A DNA stretch of 64,000 nucleotides from an uncultured Chthonomonadaceae bacterium (GTDB taxonomy: Bacteria > Armatimonadota > Chthonomonadetes > Chthonomonadales > Chthonomonadaceae), in the NCBI GenBank assembly GCA_963835065.1, contig CAWIEK010000049.1, positions 64,001-128,000 on the forward strand. Direction: 5' to 3'. Positions 1 to 11,137 of the stretch are shown one piece after another. A program made the translations under genes and the position numbers. The notes beneath the pieces are model-generated. The model ran no database searches and had not been told where the DNA came from. It saw only the letters and a list, made by a program, of their open reading frames with translations. How positions within the stretch are numbered: the first letter of the stretch is position 1; each line of letters opens with the position of its first letter.

Positions 1-18
1 AAAAGGGCCTGTACGCGG

Positions 19-459
19 TTAATTGACCTTGTAAAAGGTCGAATAATGGTCGCCGGTGTAGTAGACTACGCCGTTTTTGCCGATGATAAGCCGCTGCGGG
101 CCGGGAAAGGGAAAGCCGCTCATTACATGGACGAACTCGCGGTAGTATTGACTGTCGCTGGAATGGGGCAGATGGCCTTCGCTGTTGGTGAAAATGCCGC
201 CATCGTCTTTTTCGTTCACTTTTTCTGCGGCGCGGATGCGGGTCAGCGTCGGATTCACGTCCATTTTGCCGGTGTAGATCACCTGTCCGAAGTTGACAAC
301 CTTGACGTTCGGGAGTATGGGCACGGAACCATGCACGGCCCCGATTTGCGGCTGGCCGAAGTTGGCAACGTGGGTGTAGGACTGCGCGAAAGCAATGGTC
401 AGCAGGCCAAAAAGCAGGGCGAGAACAACGAGCGGGAGCGAATAAAGACGTTTCTGCAT
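19..459 (-). CDS. Secreted guanyl-specific ribonuclease (barnase/RNase Sa/N1-like)
   Basis: Signal peptide MQKRLYSLPLVVLALLFGLLTIAFA; motifs F-x-N-x-EG-x-LP, YYREF, GPQRL, YYTGDHY; start taken at ATG 459. Confidence 0.88.
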   Translation of the reverse strand: MQKRLYSLPLVVLALLFGLLTIAFAQSYTHVANFGQPQIGAVHGSVPILPNVKVVNFGQVIYTGKMDVNPTLTRIRAAEKVNEKDDGGIFTNSEGHLPHSSDSQYYREFVHVMSGFPFPGPQRLIIGKNGVVYYTGDHYSTFYKVN

Positions 460-539
460 GGTGTTTTCTTTCTTGAGGCGGGTGTTGTACAGGCTTCGTC
501 TATGAGATATATTGGCAGGGCACAGTGAGGCTGCAAGTA

Positions 540-968
540 TCAGCAAAGGCATACCAGCTTGAATGGTCGGGCGTCCGGTGGCTCCTGCCAGCGTTCGGCG
601 GCGTATCCGGCGATGCGGCATAGATCGGCGTACACAGCGGGTTGCGAAGCGCGAAACGTTTGCGCGGCGGTCAGAATGCAGACATAGCCATCGGCGGGCA
701 GCCAACGCATATTGGAAAGACATTCGAGCGCCGCGTCCCAATTATGGCCGAAGTAGCCGGGAAACGCGAAAGCGTCTGCAAGCGCATTGAGTAAGTCAGC
801 CTTGCCCGACAGGGTTTCGCCGTGTACGGCCCGCGCCGCGATTTGCTGCAAGGTCAACTGCGCGAGGAGCGCCGTTGTTTCCTCCTCTGACAACTCCGCT
901 TCCAGAATGACGGGCGCTGTGAGATCGCGACATTGCTGAACCAGCATTTCGACGGTTTGTTTCGGCAT
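540..968 (-). CDS. Barstar-family ribonuclease inhibitor
   Basis: FPGYFGHNWDAALECL signature; immediately upstream of the RNase on the same strand. Confidence 0.9.
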   Translation of the reverse strand: MPKQTVEMLVQQCRDLTAPVILEAELSEEETTALLAQLTLQQIAARAVHGETLSGKADLLNALADAFAFPGYFGHNWDAALECLSNMRWLPADGYVCILTAAQTFRASQPAVYADLCRIAGYAAERWQEPPDARPFKLVCLC

Positions 969-1155
969 GGCGGCACGGCCTTCCTGTTGGCTGTGGCAAA
1001 CTGCGCTGAGGTTGTTGCAGGACCATGACAGCCGCACCGGCAGCATACACAATTGATCAGCAAACTGCAACCTCGTAAGTGTACCAGTGCAGCGGATTCG
1101 GTGTCAACGTTCCGCGCATTAATTTTCTGTTAAGGTTCGGCACGAGAACTCCTTC

Positions 1156-1222
1156 CGGCAGGAACATCGGAACTGGATAAAAGCCTACCCGGAGGAAAAG
1201 GCTTGCGACATGAATTAGAAAA
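1156..1222 (+). repeat. Degenerate partial copy of the small gene at 2123-2344
   Basis: 23-bp identity TGGATAAAAGCCTACCCGGAGGA at 1174-1196 and 2222-2244, with similar flanks. Confidence 0.8.
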
Positions 1223-1300
1223 ATGGGACAACTCGCCTGTGACTGATGTATACTGTAGAGAAATTGATGGAATTATGCGGTGTTGGAGAGGGGATGTAGA

Positions 1301-1582
1301 ATGACAATCTCGAACTATTTAGCGCGTGTAGATGAGCGGGGAGCATTGACGATTCCGAAAGAGGCGCAAGAAGCGCTAAATCTTCGTCAGGGTGAGGAAG
1401 TACGGATCAGTATTGACCGTACTCCGAGTACGTCCATTGCGCCGAACGAAAAGATGCTTTCCATTTTGCAGGATATTCGGGAGCGCCACAAGCACAGGCC
1501 CTATACGGATGCCTCCGATACCGACTGCCTACTGCGTGACGCCCGATCAGGAGCCATGTACAACAATGAGCGCGCCAAGTAA
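1301..1582 (+). CDS. AbrB/MazE/SpoVT-family antitoxin
   Basis: ARVDERGALTIPKEAQEALNLRQGEEV swapped-hairpin motif; overlaps the PIN gene. Confidence 0.88.
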   Translation: MTISNYLARVDERGALTIPKEAQEALNLRQGEEVRISIDRTPSTSIAPNEKMLSILQDIRERHKHRPYTDASDTDCLLRDARSGAMYNNERAK

Positions 1583-2054
1583 TCCACCGTCCCTGCCCGA
1601 CGCAGTAGTTGTTGATGCCAGCGTCGTTATTGCGATTTGCGCAAAGGAAGCCGGACGTGAGGCGATTGCTCTGGCAGAACTGAGCTATTACTCAAGTCAG
1701 GGTTATGAATTCTACGCGCCGGGCGTCGTAGTGTCTGAGGCGCTTTATGTTCTTTGTGGCAAAGAGCAAAATGGAACACTGTCGGCAGCCGACTATGCGC
1801 TTGCTATTCTGGAACTGGAAAGCCTTTCGACTGGTTTCTTGCCGCCACCGCAGGGAGAGGGAGCGCTGGTTGTCCGCTCTGCGGGGATACGAGCCGGATA
1901 CGGGTGCAGCCGCTCTGCCGACAGCATTTATATCGCGCTGGCGGAGGCGTTGACGCTGGAAAGACCAACGGTGTTATTGACATTCGATCAAGGAATTCCA
2001 AATCATGTGACCGCGAATGCGCCAACGGTTGTCGTGAAGGTTCTTACCGTTTAA
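1566..2054 (+). CDS. vapC: PIN-domain (VapC-like) toxin
   Basis: VVVDASVVIA, E in VVSEAL, DSIYIALAE, LLTFD. Confidence 0.88.
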   Translation: MSAPSNPPSLPDAVVVDASVVIAICAKEAGREAIALAELSYYSSQGYEFYAPGVVVSEALYVLCGKEQNGTLSAADYALAILELESLSTGFLPPPQGEGALVVRSAGIRAGYGCSRSADSIYIALAEALTLERPTVLLTFDQGIPNHVTANAPTVVVKVLTV

Positions 2055-2122
2055 TTTTCTGTGACCACAATCCAGCCGCTTTGCTATACTGGCAGCAACC
2101 TTACTTTGACAGGAAGAAGGCC

Positions 2123-2344
2123 ATGAACGCACATGAGGAAGCAAGGGAGCGTTTGCTCGACCTTGTGTTGGGCGCTGTAGCGCTTGATGAAATAGAGGCA
2201 GCACGGCAGGCGCTTCGGGATTGGATAAAAGCCTACCCGGAGGAGGAGGGGTTACGTGATGGCTTTGAGCAGTTGTCGCTAATGGAGGATGCCGCCCATG
2301 AGCAAGAGGCGCAACGCCGTCAGCAAAAAGAAAAAGCCGCTTGA
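2123..2344 (+). CDS. Small acidic helical hypothetical protein (73 aa)
   Basis: AGGAAGAAGG RBS before ATG 2123; plausible protein composition. Confidence 0.6.
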   Translation: MNAHEEARERLLDLVLGAVALDEIEAARQALRDWIKAYPEEEGLRDGFEQLSLMEDAAHEQEAQRRQQKEKAA

Positions 2345-2611
2345 AACTTTGGGCTGTACGCAAAGGGGGCATAGTTCACTCAGTAACATTTGGTATTATA
2401 ACCACCTGCTGCAACTTCATCTTCTACAGACTTTTTCATGGTACCCGGCAGCAATAGGTTCCATGTTGCCGCTTGTTTCTTTCGTCTGAAATTATTTTGC
2501 GATGTTTGACAAAAATGTTGTCCAGTCACTTGCATTGACGTTTTTGAATAGGGTATTCTTCAACTAAGGAAGTCGTGTTTTCATCCTGAGTTGGTGGAAG
2601 AAACCTTCAAA

Positions 2612-3169
2612 ATGCGTTTGTCAATACTAACAAGCACCATTCTAATGACCTTCTGCATTTTTCTGGTCATAATGCCTGCTCACGCGGATGAATTCAACTT
2701 CACCTATAGCTTTTTACCGGCTCCGGGAGCGCCAACGCCTGTTTCGGCAAGCGGCCTTTTGACGACTACTCCCCTGGATACATCAACGAACATCTTTACC
2801 ATTACGGGTATTAGCGGCACAAGGTTGTTTGAGGGCGTCACGCAAAATATCACCGGGCTTCTTCCGCCTGGCTCCTACGGCGATAACGACAACGTGCTGT
2901 TTCCTCAGAATCCGTTTTTGACCGGCAACGGCTTCTCCTATACTGTAGACGGGGTGGGTAACTCCGGTTCAGCCGTGAACGTGTTTTACGATGCGTTTCT
3001 GGGTGGCTACACAGAAAATGGCGATACCATCGGCGTAGGAACTTTCACTGTTACTCCCGCTGACGCCATTCCCAAATCACACTATAATTTCTTTGTTTTG
3101 ATTGGTTTAACCGCTGTAAGCCTGTTCTATCGCAGACGTACTGTTAAGCCTCAACATTTATGCGGTTAG
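2612..3169 (+). CDS. Secreted PEP-CTERM-like surface protein with degenerate sorting motif
   Basis: Signal peptide ending AHA; T/G/N-rich body; C-terminal IPKS + hydrophobic stretch + RRR. Confidence 0.65.
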   Translation: MRLSILTSTILMTFCIFLVIMPAHADEFNFTYSFLPAPGAPTPVSASGLLTTTPLDTSTNIFTITGISGTRLFEGVTQNITGLLPPGSYGDNDNVLFPQNPFLTGNGFSYTVDGVGNSGSAVNVFYDAFLGGYTENGDTIGVGTFTVTPADAIPKSHYNFFVLIGLTAVSLFYRRRTVKPQHLCG

Positions 3170-3258
3170 AATACGTGAAATTCAATTCCTCTTTTTCGTT
3201 CGTTCGCGCTTAGGCGCCTTTCCGTGTGGTTAAGAGTTTGGAAAGGAACACTGCTGTT

Positions 3259-6200
3259 ATGCTCCGCCGTCTAGCCTTTCTCCTGTTTTTTCTGCTTGTC
3301 TGTATTTCTATCGGAAGCAGTCGTGCTTTCAGCTGGTCGTATCTGGTATCAATACAACGCCTACGGCAACTGGCGATTTCATCTTTCAAACTTTGAAGAT
3401 AGCATCGCTAATTTAGAAGCGGATGCTATTGCCAATTTTGAAGTCAATGTTACGGGAAGAACCGCAAGCGTCAACGTGACCATTTTGGGCAACTATGGAA
3501 TTCCCAATGGGGATGTCTTCATCAGGCTTGATGTAATTCTTGCCGGAACAAACGGCAATATAGTCGCTACTGAGACACTCTACGCGAATGCTGCAACTGC
3601 CAACACTGATCCAATCTACGCCATACTCGCAAATTCGCCCTATACTCCCGCTTCTGATCCCACCGCTCAGGCGGCTAAGGCTTGTGGAAACCCCAACGAT
3701 AATCCGGGAGGGTGTTCGGTCGGGGAGCCTATCAACGTTGGAACCGGCAATGTTTATGATGAGGTAACGGACTACGAAACGGCAGGTCCGAACAAACTCA
3801 ATTTCATTCGTTACTACAATAGTCGCTCCAATCCAAGCCCCTTTGCTCTGCCACTCGGACAAAATTGGCGTTCCAATTACGACCGCTACCTATGGGTAAT
3901 TTCCGGCACTGTAGTTGCTGCTGAACGTGCCGATGGTCAGGTTATCTACTTTACTTCTAACGGCAGTACATGGACAAGTGATAGTGATGTCGGCCTGAAA
4001 CTGACGCAGGCGGGAACAACCTGGCAACTGACGGATCGGGAAGATACTGTGGAGACTTACGCCACCGTACCCAATTCGACTGAGGCTGTTCTTACAGCGG
4101 TGCAGTCTCGCAATGGCTATACGCAGACGTTAAGCTACGACACCAACAGCCTGCTTACCACCGTTAAAGACTCCTATAACCGAACGATCAGTCTCGGAGT
4201 TCAGAACGGCCTGCTGCAGACGGTAACGACTCCCGATGGGCTTGTTCTTACCTACGGGTACGATGTGAGCGGGCAAATAACCGGCACTATGGATCGGCTG
4301 CGAACCGTAACTTATTCCACTGCGCCGCAGACTAGCTTGACGTACCTGTACGAGAATACGGGATTGCCGTATGCGATTACCGGCATTATTGACGAGAACG
4401 GCAATCGCTTTGCTTCCTGGACCTACGACCAGTACAGTCGCGGCCTCTCCAGCCAGTTTGGTGCGGGCGCGCTTCTGACAACAGTGGCCTATAACGACGC
4501 CGATGGCAGCCGGACTGTTACGAACGCTCTGGGGCAACCGGAAGTTTACAAGTTTACAACGTTGCAGGGCATTCCGAAAGTCACTGAAATTGACCGCGTG
4601 GCAACGGCAACGACTGCGGCGGCGGCAAAAACCTTTACTTATGATGGCAATGGCTATACGGCGAGTGAAAGTGACTGGAACGGCAACGTCACGGCGTATG
4701 TGAATGATGTTTTGGGCCGTCCGACAACGATTGTGGAGGCTTCCGGTACGAATACGGAGCGCACCACTACCATCAGTTACTTCCAGAACTATCATCTTCC
4801 CGCTCGGATTGTCGCGCCGCAGGTAACTACCGACTTTATGTATGATGCGTCCGGCAACTTGCTGACCAAGAAACTCACCGATACCACGACAACAGCGGTT
4901 CCGTACAGGACGAACGGGCAAACCCGAATTTGGAATTACACCTGGGCGAATGGCCTGCTGACGTCGGTGCAGAATCCGCGCACGGACGTTGCCGCTCTGA
5001 CCTCCTTCGGCTACGACGGCAGCGGCGCTCTTGTAAAGACAACGAACGCTCTCGGACAGACCGTACAGATCACTCGGCGTACGCCGGGAGGATTGCCCCT
5101 TACCATCAAGGACGCAAACGGCGTCACTACCCAGTTTACGTATGATGCGCACTCCGCCCGACCAGCAGCGTTGTCAACACCGCAGCAGGCAATCTCACGA
5201 CGCAATACGGGTATGATCCCGCCGGTAATCTGACCATCGTGATGCTGCCGGATGGCTCCGCCCTTGCGAACAGCTATGACATCGCCCATCGGCTGATAGG
5301 CGTGACTGACCTGCTGCGGCAGACGATTGCCTATACGCTGGATGCGGCAGGAAATCGAACACGGATCAATGTCGCGGATGCCGGAGGAATGGTACGGCGT
5401 CAGCATACAAGCAGTTTCGATGCGCTTGCTCGCGTGATGCAGGATACGGGAGGCGTCGGACAAAACACGCGATACGTTTACGACAATAACGGCAACCCAC
5501 TGACGATTACCGATCCGTTAAGTCACCCGCGCTCACAGGGGTTTGATGATCTCAACCGCCTGACACAGATTATTGATCCCGCGCATGGGAGTACGGGCGC
5601 GTCTTACGACTTGCAGGATCGTCCACAGAACGTGGCTGATCCGAACGGCGGAAGCACAACGTACATTTATGACGGCTTCGGGGATGTCATTGAGAAATCA
5701 AGTCCCGACAGTGGGGTTACGGTATACGTCTACGATTCCAACGGCAATTTGACGCAGAAAATGGACGCAACCGGGGCCGTCGCCAATTACGCTTATGATG
5801 CGCTTGACCGCGTGAAATCGGTGACGTATCCGGCGGATGCAAGCGAGAATGTCACGTATATCTACGACGCGGGTGGGCATGGCTTCGGAGTGGGCAGGCT
5901 GACAACCGTTGCAGACGCGGCGGGAACTCTCAACCGAGCGTATGATGAGCGCGGGAATGTGGTAAGCGAAACCCGTGTCAGTGGAACGACGACGCTGCGG
6001 ACGGTCTACATCTACGATGCTGTCAGCCGTATTGTCGGTATCGTCTATCCCTCCGGCCTGATGGTCGCTTACGCCCGCGATATAATGGGGCGGACTACGG
6101 CTATCACCGCCAATGCTCCCGGCATGGCCGCGCAAACGGTGGCTTCCAACATTTCTTACCAGCCTTTCGGTCCTGTCAACTCGCTTTTGTTCGGGAACGG

Positions 6201-7503
6201 CGTTACGGAAACACGCCATTATGACAGTGACTACCGCCTGACCCAAATTACCGCCATCGGTTCGCGCAACCTGCAAAACCTGAGCTATGGCTATGACGCG
6301 GCAGACAACGTACTCTCGATTACGGATGCCATCAATTCGGGTAACAGCCAGAATTTCGACTATGACGCGCTGAACCGTCTGACGGGCGCGAGAGGCAGTT
6401 ACGGAACTCTGTCGTACACGTATGACAGTGTCGGCAACCGCCTGACGCAATATGCCGGAAGAATAGCCACCACATACGCTTATGCGCCTAATAGCAACCG
6501 GCTGACAGCGATCACTTCGGGCGGCGTGACGCAAAGCGTCGGCTATACGGCGGCGGGCAACATCAGCGCGACGGGTTCCAGCCCGAACATCGGCTTGTCA
6601 TACAATCAGGCGGGAAGGCTTGCCGCCATAGCGTCAGGAACGAAGAAGGGCAACACGCAGTACGTCTATGATGCTTTTGGTCAGCGTCTTGCCAAAGTGA
6701 CGGCTGCGTGGGGCAAGACTCTTTACCAGTATGATCAGCAAGGCCACATGCTGGAAGAAACGGCCACTGCCAACAGCGCTGCTGGCGATTACATCTATCT
6801 CGACGATGGCCGTCTGATTGCCACCTTCTCTCCCGCCACCCGGAACCTTTCCTACATTCACAGTGACCGATTGGGTACGCCGCAACTGGCAACCAACAGC
6901 GCTCAAACCATCGTCTGGTCAACGGCTTACACGCCCTTCGGCCAAACGGGAACCGTAGCTGGCACGATCACGCAGAACCTACGCCTGCCCGGTCAGTATT
7001 CCGACTCGGAAACCGGCTGGAACCAGAACGGTTTCCGCGATTACGTGCCAACACTTGGAAGATACCTCGAAAGTGATCCTATTGGGCTAGTTGGTGGATT
7101 GAATACGTACGCATACGTCATCGATAACCCACTATGTAATATAGATCCGTATGGATTAGCTATTTTTGAGTGGGAAAAGATAAAACAAGTAGCTTCTAAA
7201 ATCAAAGATGTATATTCAGAGACAAAAGAAGCACGTGAGAAATGGGATACCATCAAGGACATCAAGGACAATATCGAGGACATCAAGGACAATATCGAGG
7301 ACATCAAACCTGTGGTAAGCGCGTTGAAGTGTATCAATGATGTGGACAGCCAAAAACCCCCTCCCACAGTTTCACCTGATGATCCAGAATATCAACGGTG
7401 GTTTCAAAGCCAATATGCTGCGCACTATAACGCGGGTGGAGCAGTCTTTCAGTATGCAACAAAAAAGTACGCAGACGTAGGAAAGTGGATTGGTGGATTT
7501 TAA
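3259..7503 (+). CDS. RHS/YD-repeat protein (DUF6531-like + RHS core + variable C-terminus), two apparent frameshifts
   Basis: GAAAGGA RBS then MLRRLAFLLFFLLVCISIGSSRA signal peptide; GEPINVGTGN; YD repeats; LRLPGQY...RDYVPTLGRYLESDPIGLVGGLNTYAYV...DPYGL; frame changes near 3330 and 5150. Confidence 0.9.
7252..7307 (+). repeat. In-frame 21-bp tandem duplication in the RHS C-terminal tip
   Basis: ATCAAGGACAATATCGAGGAC x2 at 7261-7302 (IKDNIED). Confidence 0.9.
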
Positions 7504-7590
7504 TAGTGAGTAATCACTACATCGAAAGTGATTTCTACTTCTTCAATCCTGCGGAACCTCTACTTACGGGTAAGACAAGACCTTATATTT

Positions 7591-7902
7591 TTATTCTTGA
7601 CTGCCGACGTCGGAAGGGAATATCTCGGAAACTTCACGTCCACCGTGCAGTACCCGCGCGATCTCTACAACGTCTTCCAACACGCGATAGTAGATGATAT
7701 AATCGCCAACCGGAAAACTTCGATATTCCGGGCCGATGTCCTCGCGCCTGCGTCCAATGCAGGGTAAGGCGTATAAATTGTCGTATTCCGCCGTGATTTC
7801 TCTCACGATGCGCTCGGCGGCAGATTGGCTGCGCTCGAAATAGTACGTCCAGATTTCAAGCACATCGGTGTCGGCGTCTCTAGCAACGCGCAGCCTTTTC
7901 AT
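7591..7902 (-). CDS. parE: RelE/ParE-family toxin
   Basis: ARDADTDVLEIWTY...IGRRREDIGPEYRSFPVGDYIIYYRV...IARVLHGGR. Confidence 0.92.
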   Translation of the reverse strand: MKRLRVARDADTDVLEIWTYYFERSQSAAERIVREITAEYDNLYALPCIGRRREDIGPEYRSFPVGDYIIYYRVLEDVVEIARVLHGGREVSEIFPSDVGSQE

Positions 7903-8300
7903 GCCTCAACCTGCTTCCGCTCCGCAACGCGCTTCAATCCTTCCGCAATGATTTTTTCGGCCACTTCCTTGCCGGAACTATACTCCGTGTACTCGCCGCG
8001 CTCAATTTGCTCAAAGCCATGCTGTACCTCACGGCGCAATTCTTCCAGTTTTCGGCGGGTGACGCGCTCGCGTATGTCACGGCGTATCTCTTCCCAATCC
8101 GTTTCTGTCATAGGCGCGGCAGCGCTGTCGTTCATGCTTTCCAACAGCAATGCCTCCAATCGCGTTCTGGCTTTACGCTCCTGCGCTTCGCGTACCAGAG
8201 TGCGGAAGTATTCGCTGGTCGTGTTGTAACCGCCCGCGCTGACTTCCTCTTCCACAAAATTCTTCATCACATCGGGCAGGGAAATGTTGAGCGTCGCCAT
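7899..8300 (-). CDS. parD: ParD-family (RHH) antitoxin, extended C-terminus
   Basis: MATLNISLPDVMKNFVEEEVSAGGYNTTSEYFRTLVRE; 4-bp overlap with parE. Confidence 0.9.
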   Translation of the reverse strand: MATLNISLPDVMKNFVEEEVSAGGYNTTSEYFRTLVREAQERKARTRLEALLLESMNDSAAAPMTETDWEEIRRDIRERVTRRKLEELRREVQHGFEQIERGEYTEYSSGKEVAEKIIAEGLKRVAERKQVEA

Positions 8301-8519
8301 GAGATCTATTCCTCCTACCTATATTGTACCTTGTTTAACAAAAAATAGGGCATTTTTGACAATCCGCATGTCAACGGCAACGGAAAGCGTGTCCGGCTTG
8401 TCATGATGACAAGCCGGACACGCCGGATGAAAAGAAAATAAACCGACGTGATTCCGGCAAAAGGCTGCAACCTTTTTACCACATGAGGCGTCTAAGAACG
8501 TAAACATGCGTCTACTATA

Positions 8520-8668
8520 CAGGAAAGGGACAGCCGCCTATGCTCTGCCTACTCCCGTTGCCGCCTTGACGTTGCTGAGGTCAAGACGCCTCTTTCCTAC
8601 AATTTGACACAACGAGACATCGGGCTGGAAGCGCTGCATTGCCAAGATTTCGACGATGACTCTACATA
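8520..8668. repeat. Dispersed ~150-bp element, copy A
   Basis: Aligns with 49588-49735; 50-bp identical core 8606-8655 = 49673-49722. Confidence 0.9.
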
Positions 8669-8917
8669 CTGCCCTTCTATTTGGTATAGGTTACGCCAGC
8701 ACGGGCAGGGGAATGAATGTGTGTTCCCTGTGCGCGGCTTCTTTGGGTTGCGGGGGAACCTCGTGGTAGAGGCTGTCGTGTTCAATGGGGATTGGATGTA
8801 GCGCAGGCGCAAAACGGGCCTCCATGCCCTTCTGTCTGGAAGCCCGAATGCTCTGCGTTCTACGCCAACGGGATAATCTATGTGGCGAATCTCTCCATCT
8901 TGAAGATGGCCTGATGC

Positions 8918-9716
<799 letters not shown>

Positions 9717-9768
9717 ATCGTCACACTCCCTTGCAGAAGAAAGAGCAGGAAATAGATTCCAATAGTGC

Positions 9769-10974
9769 TTAATCTATCTGAATGGATTTATTTTCTTGCA
9801 GGGCAACGACGCCGGGCAGGGGCTTGCCTTCCAGAAATTCCAGTGAGGCTCCGCCGCCCGTTGAGATGTGCGTCATTTTGTCGGCAAACCCTAGCTGCTG
9901 CGCGGCTGCCGCCGAGTCGCCGCCGCCGATGATGGTAATGGCTCCCGATTCCGCCAACGCCTGCGCGACTGCCCGCGTGCCTTCTGCGAACTTGCTGAAC
10001 TCGAAAATGCCCATCGGCCCGTTCCACACCACTGTTGCCGCGCCTTTTACGGCCGCCGCGAACTTGGCCCGCGTTTCCGGCCCGATGTCGGCGGCTTCCT
10101 GATCGGCGGGAATGGCGTCCACGCTCACGATTTGCGTTTGGCACTGCTCCTCGCCGCCATCAAAGGGGTTCTTGTCCGTGATGACCACATCAACGGGCAG
10201 CAGCAGCTTGTCGCCGGCTTTTGCCAGCACGGTTTTGCAGAATTCCAGATTGGTGCTGTCCAGCAGGGACGTTCCGATTTCTTTGCCCTGCGCTTTGAGG
10301 AACGTATACGCCATGCCGCCGCCAATAATCAGCGTGTCTACTTTGTCCAGCAGCGATTCGATCACGGCGATTTTATCTTTGACTTTTTTGCCGCCCAGAA
10401 TAGCGACAAACGGGCGTTTCGGGTTTTCCAGCGCGCCGCCCAAGTAGTCCAGTTCCTTCTCCATCAGCAGCCCGGCCACGCCCGGCAGATAGTGGGCGAC
10501 GCCTTCGGTTGACGCATGGGCGCGGTGGGCCGTGCCGAAAGCGTCATTGACGTACAAATCAGCCAAAAACGCCAGATCCTGCGCAAAACCCTTGTCGTTC
10601 TTTTCTTCTTCAGGATAAAAGCGGACGTTTTCCAGCAGCACCACGTCGCCGTTTTGCAGGCTGTTGATCGCTGTCGCAGTTTCGTCGCCAACCGTCTTGT
10701 CCAGCAGTTCGACAGGCTTGCCAAGCAGTTCTTCCAGCCGCGTGGAAACGGGTTCGAGCGTAAACTGCGGCGTGACGCCTTTCGGACGGCCCAAATGCGA
10801 GACGAGAATCACCCGCGCGCCATGTTCCGACAGGTACTTGATGGTCGGCAGCGCGGCGGTAATGCGGGTATCATCGGTGATGTTGCCGTGTTCGTCCTGC
10901 GGCACGTTGAAATCCACGCGCGTCAACACGCGCTTCCCCGCCACATCCACGTCGCGGATAGTCTTCTTATTCAT
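9769..10974 (-). CDS. pgk: Phosphoglycerate kinase
   Basis: [41 protein letters not shown]. Confidence 0.98.
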   Translation of the reverse strand: MNKKTIRDVDVAGKRVLTRVDFNVPQDEHGNITDDTRITAALPTIKYLSEHGARVILVSHLGRPKGVTPQFTLEPVSTRLEELLGKPVELLDKTVGDETATAINSLQNGDVVLLENVRFYPEEEKNDKGFAQDLAFLADLYVNDAFGTAHRAHASTEGVAHYLPGVAGLLMEKELDYLGGALENPKRPFVAILGGKKVKDKIAVIESLLDKVDTLIIGGGMAYTFLKAQGKEIGTSLLDSTNLEFCKTVLAKAGDKLLLPVDVVITDKNPFDGGEEQCQTQIVSVDAIPADQEAADIGPETRAKFAAAVKGAATVVWNGPMGIFEFSKFAEGTRAVAQALAESGAITIIGGGDSAAAAQQLGFADKMTHISTGGGASLEFLEGKPLPGVVALQENKSIQID

Positions 10975-10990
10975 AACAAACTCCAGACTA

Positions 10991-11126
10991 ACCACCCGCT
11001 GCGCTAGAGACACAGAGACACAGAGGAAAAGCCACTACGAGGAGAAGAGACATCTCTTCTCCTTATCTTCTTTTCTTCCTCTATGTTCCTTCTCTGTGTC
11101 TCTGTGCCTCTAGCGCAGCGGGTGGT
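10991..11126. repeat. Long palindromic intergenic element (CACAGAGA family)
   Basis: 35-bp arms ACCACCCGCTGCGCTAGAGACACAGAGACACAGAG with one mismatch; purine-rich then pyrimidine-rich interior. Confidence 0.9.
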
Positions 11127-11137
11127 GAACTTCGTAT

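Noticed and set aside
460..741. Long N-terminal extensions given by the ORF track (RNase, barstar, rqcH, accB, pgk, amidohydrolase)
   Set aside because: They overlap neighbouring genes or repeats; downstream starts with RBS or signal peptides fit better
7485..7767. Short plus-strand ORFs after RHS as an immunity gene
   Set aside because: They are largely antisense to parE and lack an RBS or a recognisable fold
8566..8660. Confident selenoprotein call for TGA-CGY-TGC-TGA in the dispersed element
   Set aside because: No recognisable selenoprotein family or verifiable SECIS; kept only as one hypothesis in the finding
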